From the NCBI GenBank assembly GCA_018971685.1, contig JAGXAG010000001.1, positions 19,162-83,161 of the forward strand: 64,000 nt of DNA, written 5' to 3'. Shown here in pieces: positions 18,805 to 29,069 of the stretch. The stretch's first letter is position 1, and every line of letters begins with the position of its first letter. The position numbers and the translations under genes were made by a program. The DNA comes from Patescibacteria group bacterium (GTDB lineage Bacteria > Patescibacteriota > Minisyncoccia > Phycocordibacterales > PALSA-1337). The notes below the pieces were generated by a model. It was given only the letters and a program-made list of their open reading frames with translations, ran no database searches and was not told the origin of the DNA.

Positions 18805-19914
18805 TTACCTGTTCATCGGCATCGCCAGATACAAGAACGATTGGTCGCCTGAGACCGGTTTTATAACCATCGGACGGTTAGGGCCGCCCAATTGCAAAGA
18901 AACACTGTCAGAGTCAATGGACTGGAAACAATCTATGATGTACTTGTAGTTGAAGTTGATTTCCATTTTTTCACCGTCTATTTTCGCATCAACCGTTGTT
19001 TTATTCTCGCCGATATCGTTGTTTCTGGTTTCTATTTCGAATACTTTTGTTTTTGGATCGATCGAAAAATGAACTTGGTTGAACTTGTCTGAAAAAATAT
19101 TCGATACTTTTAGGGCGTTAAAAAAATCGTGTTTCAACACAACTGCTTCTGCAATATATGTTTTTGGAATTATTTGTTTGTAATCAGGAAAAACACCATC
19201 AATAATGCGTGAAACCAACCGCAACTTACCATCAACTTCAAAAGATATTAAATTTTTACCAACCGTGATTGTTATATTTTCTCCAATTGCTTCTAAAGTC
19301 CTTACAACGTCGGCTACATTTTTTAACGGCAACAATATGTCATTTATTTTTAAATTACCAGGCAGTTGGACTTTCTTCTCCGCCAAACGAAACGAATCGG
19401 TTGATACAAAAACCAATTTGTCTCCATTGGTGTACAAATACACACTTGAAAGTTCCGGTTTAATACTTGATACCGACGCGCTATACCATACAGACTTTAA
19501 CCCTTTTACCAATAAATCCGGAGGTATCGATGTTTTTTGATCACCATCAAGGTTAGGTATGTTTGGAAAATCTTCATGAGGAACTGTTTTTATAACCCCT
19601 TTTGAGTTTTTGGTGGTTATTTGTATGTTGTTTGATATAGATTCGATTTTTACCGTACCATCATATTCAACAACTTGACTCAAAAAAGACGATAGGATTG
19701 AAGCCGGTACGGCAAAAACGGTTTCCGAATCAGACCTAACAGGAACCGTAACCTCTATTCCCAAATCTAAGTTTGTCGCTTTGATGATTGTGTTATTTTT
19801 TTTTACAACAAACAAAAAACATGATAGTACCGGTAATGTCATGTGTTTACCGGAAATCTTTTCCGAAAGAGATACCGCCTTTTTAAGTTCACTAAAGTTA
19901 ATTTCCATTTTCAT
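18805..19914 (-). CDS. dnaN: DNA polymerase III beta clamp
   Basis: ATNLDLGI, STDSFRLAE, IDGVFPDYKQIIP, FNYKYI, LAMPM; lies next to dnaA. Confidence 0.96.
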   Translation of the reverse strand: MKMEINFSELKKAVSLSEKISGKHMTLPVLSCFLFVVKKNNTIIKATNLDLGIEVTVPVRSDSETVFAVPASILSSFLSQVVEYDGTVKIESISNNIQITTKNSKGVIKTVPHEDFPNIPNLDGDQKTSIPPDLLVKGLKSVWYSASVSSIKPELSSVYLYTNGDKLVFVSTDSFRLAEKKVQLPGNLKINDILLPLKNVADVVRTLEAIGENITITVGKNLISFEVDGKLRLVSRIIDGVFPDYKQIIPKTYIAEAVVLKHDFFNALKVSNIFSDKFNQVHFSIDPKTKVFEIETRNNDIGENKTTVDAKIDGEKMEINFNYKYIIDCFQSIDSDSVSLQLGGPNRPMVIKPVSGDQSFLYLAMPMNR

Positions 19915-20124
19915 AGTAATTATTGAAATTTGTTTCTACGGTATAAAATCAAACAGATTTTATTATAAGTGTTGATATGTTGATAATCAGATTTAATCAT
20001 TGTTTATACTTGTTAAAAATTGATCAGTAACGGCATTTAGTTTGTTGATATTTAGCTGGTTTGTTTTGCGTGCGAGGATTTTTGCTTGAGTTGTTACGGA
20101 CAAACAAACAGTTTATCAACACGA
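19915..20124. other. Putative oriC segment (dnaA-dnaN intergenic)
   Basis: AT-rich, with DnaA-box-like TGTTGATAT (19970, 20043), TGTTGATAA (19978) and TTATCAACA (20113). Confidence 0.65.
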
Positions 20125-21471
20125 TTATAACATGGTTCTTATTTGCGATATTTCTTGTGATAATAATTGGTTGTTTTTAATATCGGATCTTATTTTTTCG
20201 TATGAATGTATTATGGTTGTGTGATCTCTGCCACCCAACTTGTCGCCAATAGACGGAAAAGAAATATTAAAGTCTTCGCGCAAAATATACATTATAACTT
20301 GCCGCGGTTTAACCACCTCCTTTCTTCTGGTCTTGCTGTATATACTATCTTCTTCAATGTTGTAAAAACCACACACTGTTTTCACAATCTCTTTTACAGA
20401 TAGCATCTTTTTCGGTTTTATGTTGTTTTTCAGTATAACCTTCACCTCATTCAAGTTTAACATCCTGCCTCTGTGCAGAGTGTTGTGTGCGATAACATTT
20501 ACAATACCCTCAATTTCCCTGATATTGTCTTCGATTTCATCGGCGATAAAGTCAACCAACCCGTCGTCAAGCGATATGTTGTGCGGTGTGCACTTTGCCC
20601 GCACTATAGCCATCCGCGACTCCTTATCCAACTCGGATATATCGATGATCATACCCTGATTGAAGCGGCTTCGAATGCGGTCTTCCAATTCCGGAATAAT
20701 ATTCGGATGACGGTCAGCCGAAAACACCAATTGTCTTGATGTGTCGTAAAAAGTGTTAAATAAATGAAAGAACTCTTCTTGGAATTTTTGTTTACTCGAG
20801 AAAAACTGCACATCATCCATAACGATAACATCGTATTTTCTGTATTTTTCTTTGAACTGTTGAGCTTTGTTGTTTTGCAAAGAATCGAAAAAGTCAGAAC
20901 CGAACCGTTCGGCCGTCAGATAAAAAACCTTTTTGTTTGGAAAGTCATGCTTTATCTTGTTTCCGACAGCTTGTATTAAATGTGTCTTACCTCTGCCGGT
21001 ACCACCATAAACAAACAATGGATTGTAAGCCAGTCCGGGCGTCTTGGCTACGGTTATCGCCGCGGCATGAGCCAATTCATTGAATGGTCCGACCACGAAA
21101 TTGTCAAAAGTATACCTTGAGTTCAAATTGTCTTCTTTGCTCACATAAAAATTCTCCAAAGGCATTGACATGGTCGGTGCAACAAAAGCTTGTTTTTTTG
21201 AGTTTACAGCCTTTTGTTCCTCGTCCTTCAAAACGACATATTCGAGCGCCCTAACCCCCTCATTCAATTGTCTTAATATGCGCAGTATTGAATTGTGGCA
21301 CTTTTTGAACAACCATTCGCGGGTAAATTCATTGGGCACGCCTAGATAGATCACCCCTTCCTCCTCCTTTATCAACCTTGTCGTTTTTACCCAAGTCGAG
21401 TAGTTGGCCGGAGAAACCAACGACTGTATCTCTATAAGCGCGCTTTGCCAGGTTTGTGACAAGTCGTTCAT
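20125..21471 (-). CDS. dnaA: Chromosomal replication initiator DnaA
   Basis: YTFDNFVVG, YNPLFVYGGTGRGKTHL, DDVQF, IREIEG, GGRDHTT. Start MNDLSQ at 21471 lies 9 nt after a TATAAT. Confidence 0.97.
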   Translation of the reverse strand: MNDLSQTWQSALIEIQSLVSPANYSTWVKTTRLIKEEEGVIYLGVPNEFTREWLFKKCHNSILRILRQLNEGVRALEYVVLKDEEQKAVNSKKQAFVAPTMSMPLENFYVSKEDNLNSRYTFDNFVVGPFNELAHAAAITVAKTPGLAYNPLFVYGGTGRGKTHLIQAVGNKIKHDFPNKKVFYLTAERFGSDFFDSLQNNKAQQFKEKYRKYDVIVMDDVQFFSSKQKFQEEFFHLFNTFYDTSRQLVFSADRHPNIIPELEDRIRSRFNQGMIIDISELDKESRMAIVRAKCTPHNISLDDGLVDFIADEIEDNIREIEGIVNVIAHNTLHRGRMLNLNEVKVILKNNIKPKKMLSVKEIVKTVCGFYNIEEDSIYSKTRRKEVVKPRQVIMYILREDFNISFPSIGDKLGGRDHTTIIHSYEKIRSDIKNNQLLSQEISQIRTML

Positions 21472-21489
21472 GGTGCTTTGATTATATAC

Positions 21490-21550
21490 CTGTTTATAAA
21501 TATGGAAACTTGTGGAACCATGAAAAATATGTTGATAAGTTGTTGATAAC
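21490..21550. promoter_or_regulatory. DnaA-box cluster between dnaA and rpmH
   Basis: TGTTTATAA (21491), TGTGGAACC (21511), tandem TGTTGATAA (21530, 21541). Confidence 0.65.
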
Positions 21551-21605
21551 CGCACGAGATTTTGTGATCCTTGCGCAAATCAAAAAATAATGCGATACTC
21601 CACCC

Positions 21606-21740
21606 ATGTCATTTACATACAAACCAAACAAAAAGAAACGCGCCCGAACGCACGGATTCATGACCAGAATGAAATCTCCCGGCGGCAAAAAAACGATTGC
21701 ACGCCGCAGAGCCAAAGGAAGATTCAAGCTGGCTGTTTAA
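21606..21740 (+). CDS. rpmH: 50S ribosomal protein L34
   Basis: Below the ORF-track cutoff; translates MSFTYKPNKKKRARTHGFMTRMKSPGGKKTIARRRAKGRFKLAV; canonical position. Confidence 0.96.
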   Translation: MSFTYKPNKKKRARTHGFMTRMKSPGGKKTIARRRAKGRFKLAV

Positions 21741-21778
21741 ATGTGCCAAACACCAGTCCCTGTGTGTAATCTCATTTC

Positions 21779-22096
21779 ATGTTAAAAAAGTCGCGCAGAC
21801 TCGTAACCAAACAGTTTAACGAGGTTATGGCAAAAGGGCGGGTCTCGCGAACTCCCCTATTTGTGGTGCGAACGCTCGGCGGCTTCAAAGATACGCGGCT
21901 CGCGGCGGTAATGCCGCAAAAGATCGCCAAAAAAGCGGTGATTAGGAATATGGCTAAAAGGACGATATATCAAGCAGTCGAATCAATCTTCGATAAAATC
22001 AGGAACGGCACGCACGCGCTCATAATTGCCAAAACGGATATCAGCAGTGCCGACATAATGGAAGTATCAGCTGAATTACTTGAAGTTTTGCGATAA
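21779..22096 (+). CDS. rnpA: Ribonuclease P protein component
   Basis: MLKKSRRL..F, KIAKKAVIRNMAKR (RNR-like motif), rpmH-rnpA-yidC synteny. Confidence 0.88.
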   Translation: MLKKSRRLVTKQFNEVMAKGRVSRTPLFVVRTLGGFKDTRLAAVMPQKIAKKAVIRNMAKRTIYQAVESIFDKIRNGTHALIIAKTDISSADIMEVSAELLEVLR

Positions 22097-22152
22097 TATA
22101 TACCACTGCACCACAGATTAAATAGTTGTTGGAAATAGTGTATAGTTAAACA

Positions 22153-22899
22153 ATGTACAATACTTTAATCTTTGAACCGCTCTATAATGGTTTGGTCGGC
22201 ATTATGGACTTGTTGCCATGGATTGACCTTGGTATGGCAGTTATTATATTTACGATCATTGTCAAATTGGCGTTATTTCACCTATCGAAATCATCTATTT
22301 TAACTCAAGTGAAAATGAAAGAGGTCGAGCCGGAAGCCAATAAGATCAAAGCGCAATACGCGAACGATCGTCAAACACAGGCGTTAAAGATTATGGAACT
22401 GTATAAATCAAAAGGCATCAAGCCGTTTGCGGGTATTTTGCTGTTAATTATTCAATTGCCGATTTTGCTCGCGCTCTTATCTGTTTTTTACAAGATTATT
22501 CCGACTATAAATCCAGATTACCTGTATTCGTTTGTCAGTATGCCGTCGGTCAAGACAATGTTTCTCGGTTTGATAGATTTGACCAAACCAAGCTTGATTT
22601 TGGCGATTATGACGGCAGTGGCGCAATTTGTGCAGCTGCATTTTTCGTTGGCGTCGAAACAATTCAAGCCGGCTACCGTAAACAAGGACCAGACAGGCAC
22701 TCCGCCGTTGGATTTTGCGGCGTCTATGAACAAGCAAATGAAATATATGTTGCCGGCGCTGGCCTTTATATCAACTTACTGGTTGATTCCGGCCAAATTC
22801 CCGCAGGCGGCTTCCATCATTGCGCTTTATTGGTCAGTAAGCGCGCTATTTACTCTTGGACAGGAATTAGTTATCCGCAAGCGCTATCTGAAAAAGTGA
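22153..22899 (+). CDS. yidC: Membrane protein insertase YidC/Oxa1
   Basis: DLGMAVIIFTIIVKL, ELYK..GIKPF, LIIQLPIL, ALYW...Q. Confidence 0.93.
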   Translation: MYNTLIFEPLYNGLVGIMDLLPWIDLGMAVIIFTIIVKLALFHLSKSSILTQVKMKEVEPEANKIKAQYANDRQTQALKIMELYKSKGIKPFAGILLLIIQLPILLALLSVFYKIIPTINPDYLYSFVSMPSVKTMFLGLIDLTKPSLILAIMTAVAQFVQLHFSLASKQFKPATVNKDQTGTPPLDFAASMNKQMKYMLPALAFISTYWLIPAKFPQAASIIALYWSVSALFTLGQELVIRKRYLKK

Positions 22900-22985
22900 C
22901 TCCAGAAACCGTACCTTGCAATTCAACGATATGAGTCCCGCAGATGCGAAAAAAGATGTTGCCTGCTCCATTACGGTTTCAACTT

Positions 22986-24344
22986 TCAATTAGAAGACAC
23001 CAAATCAAGCGACCATAATGACAGGTCGTTTTTGTTCATGAAGAACAAGTATTGATCATTTTCGTCCAACTGCAGATTAAAAGCGTCGATTATGGCGTTG
23101 CCTTGGTTGAGCAGATCGGCGACCTGGCGGACTTGGCCGGTATCGGCGTCGAGGAGCCAAATGCTGTCAATGAATGAATTCTGGCCGAGGTACCAACTGT
23201 CCGGATATGTGCCGGCCGGTATTTGCGAAGATACGCCGCAATAAACCTGTTCTTTGAATACCGCCGACCAAACACATTTGTCAGCCAGTGTCCGGAATAT
23301 GGTTGGTGCCGACTTGCCGCTCTTTATGTCATAAACGGCGGTAGTGATCTTGTTATTGCCGTCATAACTCGAATACAACACTTTGGTGGCGTCTTTGCTT
23401 ACTCTGGTGGCCAGCCCCTTGATATCTCCCATAATTTGTTTGACGACACCGGTCTTTACATTCACGAAATATAAATAGCCCGAATAATAGGCGCTGGCCT
23501 TAGTGGTTACGGCAATAGTGTTGGCTTCTGGCCATTCAACGGTCAATTGAGTAAAAGGCAGGCTGAATAATTGGGTTTGTTTTGACCCGTCAAAATTGGA
23601 GATATAGCCGACGGCACTGTCGTTTTCATCGGTCACCACCAATATTTTGTCTCGTTTTGGCGAAGCGGCGACAGCCAAAATGTCGCCCGAGACGATCTTA
23701 CCTTTTAATTCATAAGGAGTTTCGGTTATGTCAGGCAATTGGGCCGTTGAATTTAATGCCATCGAAGATGAGGCGGTTGAAGATGCGTTTGCTGAAGCTG
23801 CGGTTGGCAAATTCACGGTCGGCTTCGGCAGTGCCCTTTTCAAAACATTTGCGATCACCGTAGTTACCTGGTCGCTGTTATCTCCCAGGTATTGCCCCAC
23901 GAATGTGGTGTCGTCTTTGTTCCACCAGCTTTGGTAAACGCGCGGCAGTAGTGTATTCGAAATAGTGGTAATGTCGAGCGAATCGCCCCGCGCCTCGTAA
24001 ATATTCCCTCTCCCTCTATCTATCCACCTGACTACGGTTGTGCTGGCCGTGGTGCTGGCGGCATATCCTCCCACCGGCGTGGCGCTCAATTGCCTGATCA
24101 CCGGCAAAGGCACGCCGGCATTGCTCGTTGTTGTTGTCGTCCCGTTATTTTGACCACCATTTTCATTTTGCCCTGAATTATTTGCCGGCAGAGCGCGGTT
24201 GAAAGGCACGAATCCGTTCTGAATCTGGTTTGGCGCCGCTGTTATCGACGGTCGCGCTGTCTGGCGGATGAAGAAATACCATAAAGCGCTCAAAACAACA
24301 ATTATGATTATTACTGTGACGATTATGTTTACGGTTTTTTTCAT
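22986..24344 (-). CDS. Membrane-anchored beta-propeller-like protein (T4SS-cluster associated)
   Basis: N-terminal TM, low-complexity linker, repeated beta-rich blades. Confidence 0.7.
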   Translation of the reverse strand: MKKTVNIIVTVIIIIVVLSALWYFFIRQTARPSITAAPNQIQNGFVPFNRALPANNSGQNENGGQNNGTTTTTSNAGVPLPVIRQLSATPVGGYAASTTASTTVVRWIDRGRGNIYEARGDSLDITTISNTLLPRVYQSWWNKDDTTFVGQYLGDNSDQVTTVIANVLKRALPKPTVNLPTAASANASSTASSSMALNSTAQLPDITETPYELKGKIVSGDILAVAASPKRDKILVVTDENDSAVGYISNFDGSKQTQLFSLPFTQLTVEWPEANTIAVTTKASAYYSGYLYFVNVKTGVVKQIMGDIKGLATRVSKDATKVLYSSYDGNNKITTAVYDIKSGKSAPTIFRTLADKCVWSAVFKEQVYCGVSSQIPAGTYPDSWYLGQNSFIDSIWLLDADTGQVRQVADLLNQGNAIIDAFNLQLDENDQYLFFMNKNDLSLWSLDLVSSN

Positions 24345-25615
24345 TTGCCTGAAGAAAATTTTTGGCTAAACGAACTGTTTACTTTGAGCAGTTCGTCTTC
24401 CAAGTTCTGTTTTAATACTGGATCCTGGATGTCTTTTATCGATGTTTGTATTTTATTAAGCTCATCAACCGTAGTCGACTTGAAATCAGTAATTGTAAAA
24501 TAGTCTTGTCCTACCCAAACCCGAGATTGCGCTAATCCAAAAAACTGTGGATCTATGGTCGCACTGTTTATTTTAATTGATTCTCCCTGTAGCTTAAGCA
24601 TAAGCTGATCGGCGTTGGCGTTATCGTTTATACCACCGGGTTTACTTATAGAGTCATATTCTCCCAATTGCGTCAGCTGTGCATTTCGAGTATCTCTTTG
24701 TTGGTCTATAAAGTTTATACCATTGTTAATTTGCTCATCTATACTTTTTGCCGAGATCGAATTATCCAGATTTTGTGCGTTTATATTTTGAATTGTATTC
24801 GAAATACCGCCGTTACTCATGATTGATTTTCCAGTCAAAACGATCATATTTGCTTGTGCGTCGTTTATCTTTTTGTCGATTTGAGCCATCTGCACCTCTG
24901 ACGGTAAGGTGTCTATCTTACTTTGTAGATCTGTTTTCTCTTGAAGTAATTGGTTTACCGTATTTTTGGCTTGCTGAGCTTGGTCTACATATTCTTGTCC
25001 AACGGCATTATATTTTTGTGCCTCCGCATTTAACTGATCAAATAATGTTAGCGGTGACTCCTGTTGTGTAGCTGGGACAGATATGGGCGGTATGCTGGCG
25101 GGAATTGCGACGAGTTTGGGATTGACGGTCTTCAGGATGAGATAAGAGCCGAGGACCATTAGTAATCCCCAAATGGCGTTCCAGAATTTGTCTTTGCCGG
25201 CACTCTTCTTATTCCACGCGTCCGAAGTCATATATTCAAACCCGCCCCAGACCATCATGAACACGGCGGCGACGGCGGATAGGGCGATCAATAGGTTGAA
25301 TGCGTAAATAAAGAAAGTACTCAAATCAACGGTTGTCTGAGGTGCGCCGGCGCCTCCGGGACAATCTACCGTCTTACTCATTCCGCCACCGCCGGGCAGA
25401 TCAACGCTGTAAGTATATGGTATGCACGGCAACGGTTCCAATAAGGTATAACTTTTTACACCGGCAGATGTTACCGTTGGTGTAGGTGTTGGAGTTGGAG
25501 TAGGCGAGTTAGATTGTGCCGCGGATATATTCAAGGTCAATAAAAACACCGAGAGTAACAAGAAAAATGTTCTGAAAAAGCGGCGATATGTTGTTTTGTG
25601 AAGATTATATGCCAT
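24341..25615 (-). CDS. VirB2/TrbC-like pilin-domain protein with C-terminal coiled coil
   Basis: Signal peptide, PT repeat, pilin motif AVAAVFMMVWGGFEYMTSD...GKDKFWNAIWGLLMVLGSYLILKTVNP; start at MAYNL. Confidence 0.75.
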   Translation of the reverse strand: MAYNLHKTTYRRFFRTFFLLLSVFLLTLNISAAQSNSPTPTPTPTPTVTSAGVKSYTLLEPLPCIPYTYSVDLPGGGGMSKTVDCPGGAGAPQTTVDLSTFFIYAFNLLIALSAVAAVFMMVWGGFEYMTSDAWNKKSAGKDKFWNAIWGLLMVLGSYLILKTVNPKLVAIPASIPPISVPATQQESPLTLFDQLNAEAQKYNAVGQEYVDQAQQAKNTVNQLLQEKTDLQSKIDTLPSEVQMAQIDKKINDAQANMIVLTGKSIMSNGGISNTIQNINAQNLDNSISAKSIDEQINNGINFIDQQRDTRNAQLTQLGEYDSISKPGGINDNANADQLMLKLQGESIKINSATIDPQFFGLAQSRVWVGQDYFTITDFKSTTVDELNKIQTSIKDIQDPVLKQNLEDELLKVNSSFSQKFSSGK

Positions 25616-26678
25616 TGTAGTTATTAAAAGTTGTGCTAGTGGCGGTTTGAGAACCATTGTCGGAAAAGACGGCAGAGAAACCATTAGATGCGCTTTGGAG
25701 AATATCTTTGGAGTTTTCGACGCGAAGCTGTATGTTGGAAGAGCCACTTTGGCCGGCCGGCGCGCGCAGGACGATCGACTGGCTGGCGGAAAGCGCCGCT
25801 TGAGACAAGGAATTTACCATCCAAGAAAAAGATAAATCATTCGTGTTGCCGGCCAGTCCGTTGAATCCATAAGGAACCGCCAAGACTGAAAGCTCGCCGC
25901 TGGAACCCAAACCGACACTGTTCCCTATCGCTTTATTATACAACGGTCCATATAAAGGGTCGTTATTGTAAAATTGGATGAATGGACTGCCGGCTTGCAA
26001 AATAACAGTCTTTTCAGCCGAAGCAGTGCCATCGCGGGTAGTGACCTTCAGGTTAATCATTCTGGGGCGTGGCACAACCTCGTCTGTCCAGATAAAAACT
26101 TGTTTGCCATAGCCGCTTGCGGATTGGACGACTTTTGTGTCTTTGGTCCACTGATACACCAGTGTTTTCGGATCATATTCTACGCCGGATGAATTGGCGA
26201 TATGGGGAATAGCGATTACTTTGTAGGTGTTTTGATAGACCAACGGTATTTTGCCTTGGAAGAAAGGCGGCGTATAGCCGTCGCTTTCTATAATAAAATC
26301 AATACTGCCGGTAGTTACGGTGATATTCGTGCTCAAGGTTTTGCCGTCCGGCGTGGCGGCTGATACTGCCACGGCAAGCTTTTTGCCCAGGTCGGGCGCT
26401 ATCACTTGGATCGAGGTGACGCCTATGCCTTTTTGGTATGTGTTGCCGTTCAAAGTCCAAGTGATATTGGATGAATTCAAGTCCGCAATGTAACTTTCGG
26501 CCGTAATCGTCAAATTTTGCCCGGGCGTTGGGTTATCGGTTGAAAGTTTCAGGTCTATTCCTTGAATGGAAGTCGGCACGCCTTGCGCGAAGGTGAACAA
26601 GAAAGGCAACATAACAATTGTTGTCATCCCTGCGAATGCGCTGACCCAGAATTTTACCGAAAAAACCAGAGGTCTCAT
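25605..26678 (-). CDS. Secreted Ig-like repeat protein
   Basis: Signal peptide and three Ig-like units (ITWTLNG, YQWTKD, FSWMVN); start at MRPLV. Confidence 0.7.
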   Translation of the reverse strand: MRPLVFSVKFWVSAFAGMTTIVMLPFLFTFAQGVPTSIQGIDLKLSTDNPTPGQNLTITAESYIADLNSSNITWTLNGNTYQKGIGVTSIQVIAPDLGKKLAVAVSAATPDGKTLSTNITVTTGSIDFIIESDGYTPPFFQGKIPLVYQNTYKVIAIPHIANSSGVEYDPKTLVYQWTKDTKVVQSASGYGKQVFIWTDEVVPRPRMINLKVTTRDGTASAEKTVILQAGSPFIQFYNNDPLYGPLYNKAIGNSVGLGSSGELSVLAVPYGFNGLAGNTNDLSFSWMVNSLSQAALSASQSIVLRAPAGQSGSSNIQLRVENSKDILQSASNGFSAVFSDNGSQTATSTTFNNYNGI

Positions 26679-26733
26679 TAACAATATTGTACCAATATCG
26701 GAAAAAACTTGCGAAGTTGGTTGTGGAGAGTAT

Positions 26734-27228
26734 TCAAGTCTTAGACGCGCGCCTGATGCCGTCATTTACCAAAGGTTTGGTATTGGCGTTTCTATATGCC
26801 GAAGGGTCGTAAGTGTTTGCCGTTTGCGTAACCATCTGTGGCTGGCGCACGCCGTCCTTATAGAGTGGTTGCTGTACCGTATTTGATAACATTTCCTCCT
26901 GTTCCTTTTGCGCTTGCAGTTCCGCGTCTTCCTGCTTGACTGACCGCTGTATATACCAAATATCGACGATCCAAAAAGAAGCAATGCCGCCGGTAAGTTC
27001 TCCTATACCTGCCACCCCAACCAGCGAGATCAATCTTCCCGGTCGTTTTATCATTGACACGCCGCGAAGCTGGAAATATACGCCGATAAGCGCGCCGCAA
27101 GCCGGATCGAATATCATATTTATTACCTCGCCTATTCCGGTGAAATCAATGACATACTGTATAATGTCTATTATTCCGGTAATTCCATATAAAAACCACC
27201 ACTCCGTTTTTCCGATTTTCGATGCCAT
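26734..27228 (-). CDS. Hypothetical membrane protein (T4SS cluster)
   Basis: Hydrophobic Gly-rich N-terminal half; follows virB4. Confidence 0.65.
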   Translation of the reverse strand: MASKIGKTEWWFLYGITGIIDIIQYVIDFTGIGEVINMIFDPACGALIGVYFQLRGVSMIKRPGRLISLVGVAGIGELTGGIASFWIVDIWYIQRSVKQEDAELQAQKEQEEMLSNTVQQPLYKDGVRQPQMVTQTANTYDPSAYRNANTKPLVNDGIRRASKT

Positions 27229-27251
27229 AATTCTGAATTATAGCACGGCAA

Positions 27252-29066
27252 TTATTTTCCCGATTCCTCCAATTGCCTCTTGGCCTCTTTGATATCCATA
27301 AGCTGCTGCGGATTGGTCGTGATAATCTGGTCTTCCGTGTATGATCCGACGATCTTGATCGCCACATGCTTTAGCCCCACGAAGAATATGCCTTCGCCGA
27401 CATCTGATTCAAGGAGCAAATACTTCTCTTCGTCGGTCAGGTTGAAAGTTCGCTGAATATAATCGATGACCGCCGGCGACTGCTTGAGCAAGACTTGTAT
27501 CGAAGAGTTCGTGACGATCGGCATGCCATAAGGCGATTTCAAGAAGTCGTCGACATCCTGGGTTATAGTGGCAAGTCCCAAGAAGTATTTGCGGCCTCTT
27601 TTCGCCAAACCGAATAGGAATGAAGCCGTGTCTTCGGATTTCATCATCCACCAAGCTTCGTCGATGACCAGTAGGCGCTTTTTCAGATTTTTGCGAATGG
27701 CGTTCCATATGTAGTGAGTGATCAAGTACATGGCCACCGGCTTCAGCTCATCCTCCATGTCCCGGAGCGAAAACACGACGAATTTCTTGTTAATGTCGAT
27801 GTTGGACGGACGGTTGATGAAGCCCGACCAAGTGCCCTTGGTGTACTTGGATAACCTTTCAACCAGCGAGTCTGCACCCTCCATACCGGCTAAGACAAGT
27901 TCGAAGTCGGAGAGCAGCGGCGGTTCGACACTGCGAAAATCAGAATCGGGAGTTATGTCTTTCAAGGCGTAAGTCTCAGTTATGGCGCGGTCGATGATGG
28001 CGTCTTCTTCCTGGGTCAAGCCGCCCAACATTATCCGGAACAATCCGACCAAATTGATGATGTTTGAGCGCAAGACATCTGAGGCGGACTCGTCCTCTCT
28101 CGGTATCGGCAGGTCGAATGGGTTGATATGATGCTCGGAATTGAGCGAAATGTTGAAATATTTGCCTCCGGTCGCACCCGCCATGTACTCGTATTCTTTT
28201 TCCGGGTCGATCACGATGACATCCGTATCGAACATAAGCGTGCGCAAGATTTCCAGCTTTGTGCAATACGATTTGCCAGCGCCGGCGACCGCGAAAGTCA
28301 CCGAATTGTAATTTTCGAGCGAGAAACGGTCGAAAAGCACCAGTGAAGAATTGTGGCGGTTGATGCCGTAAAGAATTCCTTTGTCGGAAGTTAGGTCGAA
28401 AGACACGAACGGGAACAAGCTGGAGAGCGGCGAAGAATTCAGCTTCGAATGTACGCTCAACTGATCGTCGCCCATGGGCAATACGCTTTTGAAGCCCTGT
28501 TCTTGCTGGAACAACGCCGGTTTCAAGTAGACAAGCTTCGATTCGAGGATCGACTTGATCTCCGATTCGAGCTTGTCCAATTCGCCTTCGGAATCGGCGA
28601 AAATCGTTATATATACGCCGACATCGAACAGCCTTTCTTGCGCCTGCATCAGCTGATCGCGCAAGGCCTCTAGGTCTTGGTAGGCGGTGTCCAGGGCCGG
28701 ATCGCGCACCAATCCGCGCTCTTCCCTTCTCGATATCTGGCTTTGAACCTCGGCTACTTTCTTCTGGAAATGGCGCAGGATTTTAGCCGTGTCTACCGGA
28801 TGGATGAATACGGAAATATTAAAGACCTTGTCCAAATTTATAATCGGCGCGAACCAGCTTTCTTGCAGGAATCTGGGATATGAAATGACGAACAGTGTGC
28901 GCCCGACCTTCTCTCCCAGATTCAGGTCTTTCGGGCTGACTTTGAGCGCCGAGGGCGCGATGATGTCTTTCAATTCAAGCACGCCGGCCTGATAGATTTC
29001 TTCGGGCAGGATTGATACTATTGGCGACTGCTCTTTTCTCTTGAATATGTTGTTGAAGAATGACAT
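27252..29066 (-). CDS. virB4: VirB4/TraC-family T4SS ATPase
   Basis: ILYGIN, AVAGAGKS (Walker A), VIDPEKEY, INPFD, LLVIDEAW, RKY, TQ. Confidence 0.92.
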   Translation of the reverse strand: MSFFNNIFKRKEQSPIVSILPEEIYQAGVLELKDIIAPSALKVSPKDLNLGEKVGRTLFVISYPRFLQESWFAPIINLDKVFNISVFIHPVDTAKILRHFQKKVAEVQSQISRREERGLVRDPALDTAYQDLEALRDQLMQAQERLFDVGVYITIFADSEGELDKLESEIKSILESKLVYLKPALFQQEQGFKSVLPMGDDQLSVHSKLNSSPLSSLFPFVSFDLTSDKGILYGINRHNSSLVLFDRFSLENYNSVTFAVAGAGKSYCTKLEILRTLMFDTDVIVIDPEKEYEYMAGATGGKYFNISLNSEHHINPFDLPIPREDESASDVLRSNIINLVGLFRIMLGGLTQEEDAIIDRAITETYALKDITPDSDFRSVEPPLLSDFELVLAGMEGADSLVERLSKYTKGTWSGFINRPSNIDINKKFVVFSLRDMEDELKPVAMYLITHYIWNAIRKNLKKRLLVIDEAWWMMKSEDTASFLFGLAKRGRKYFLGLATITQDVDDFLKSPYGMPIVTNSSIQVLLKQSPAVIDYIQRTFNLTDEEKYLLLESDVGEGIFFVGLKHVAIKIVGSYTEDQIITTNPQQLMDIKEAKRQLEESGK

Positions 29067-29069
29067 ATT

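Noticed and set aside
22905-22980. 9-bp inverted repeat between yidC and the T4SS run
   Set aside because: The arms are short with a long weakly paired interior; it is not a convincing terminator or element.
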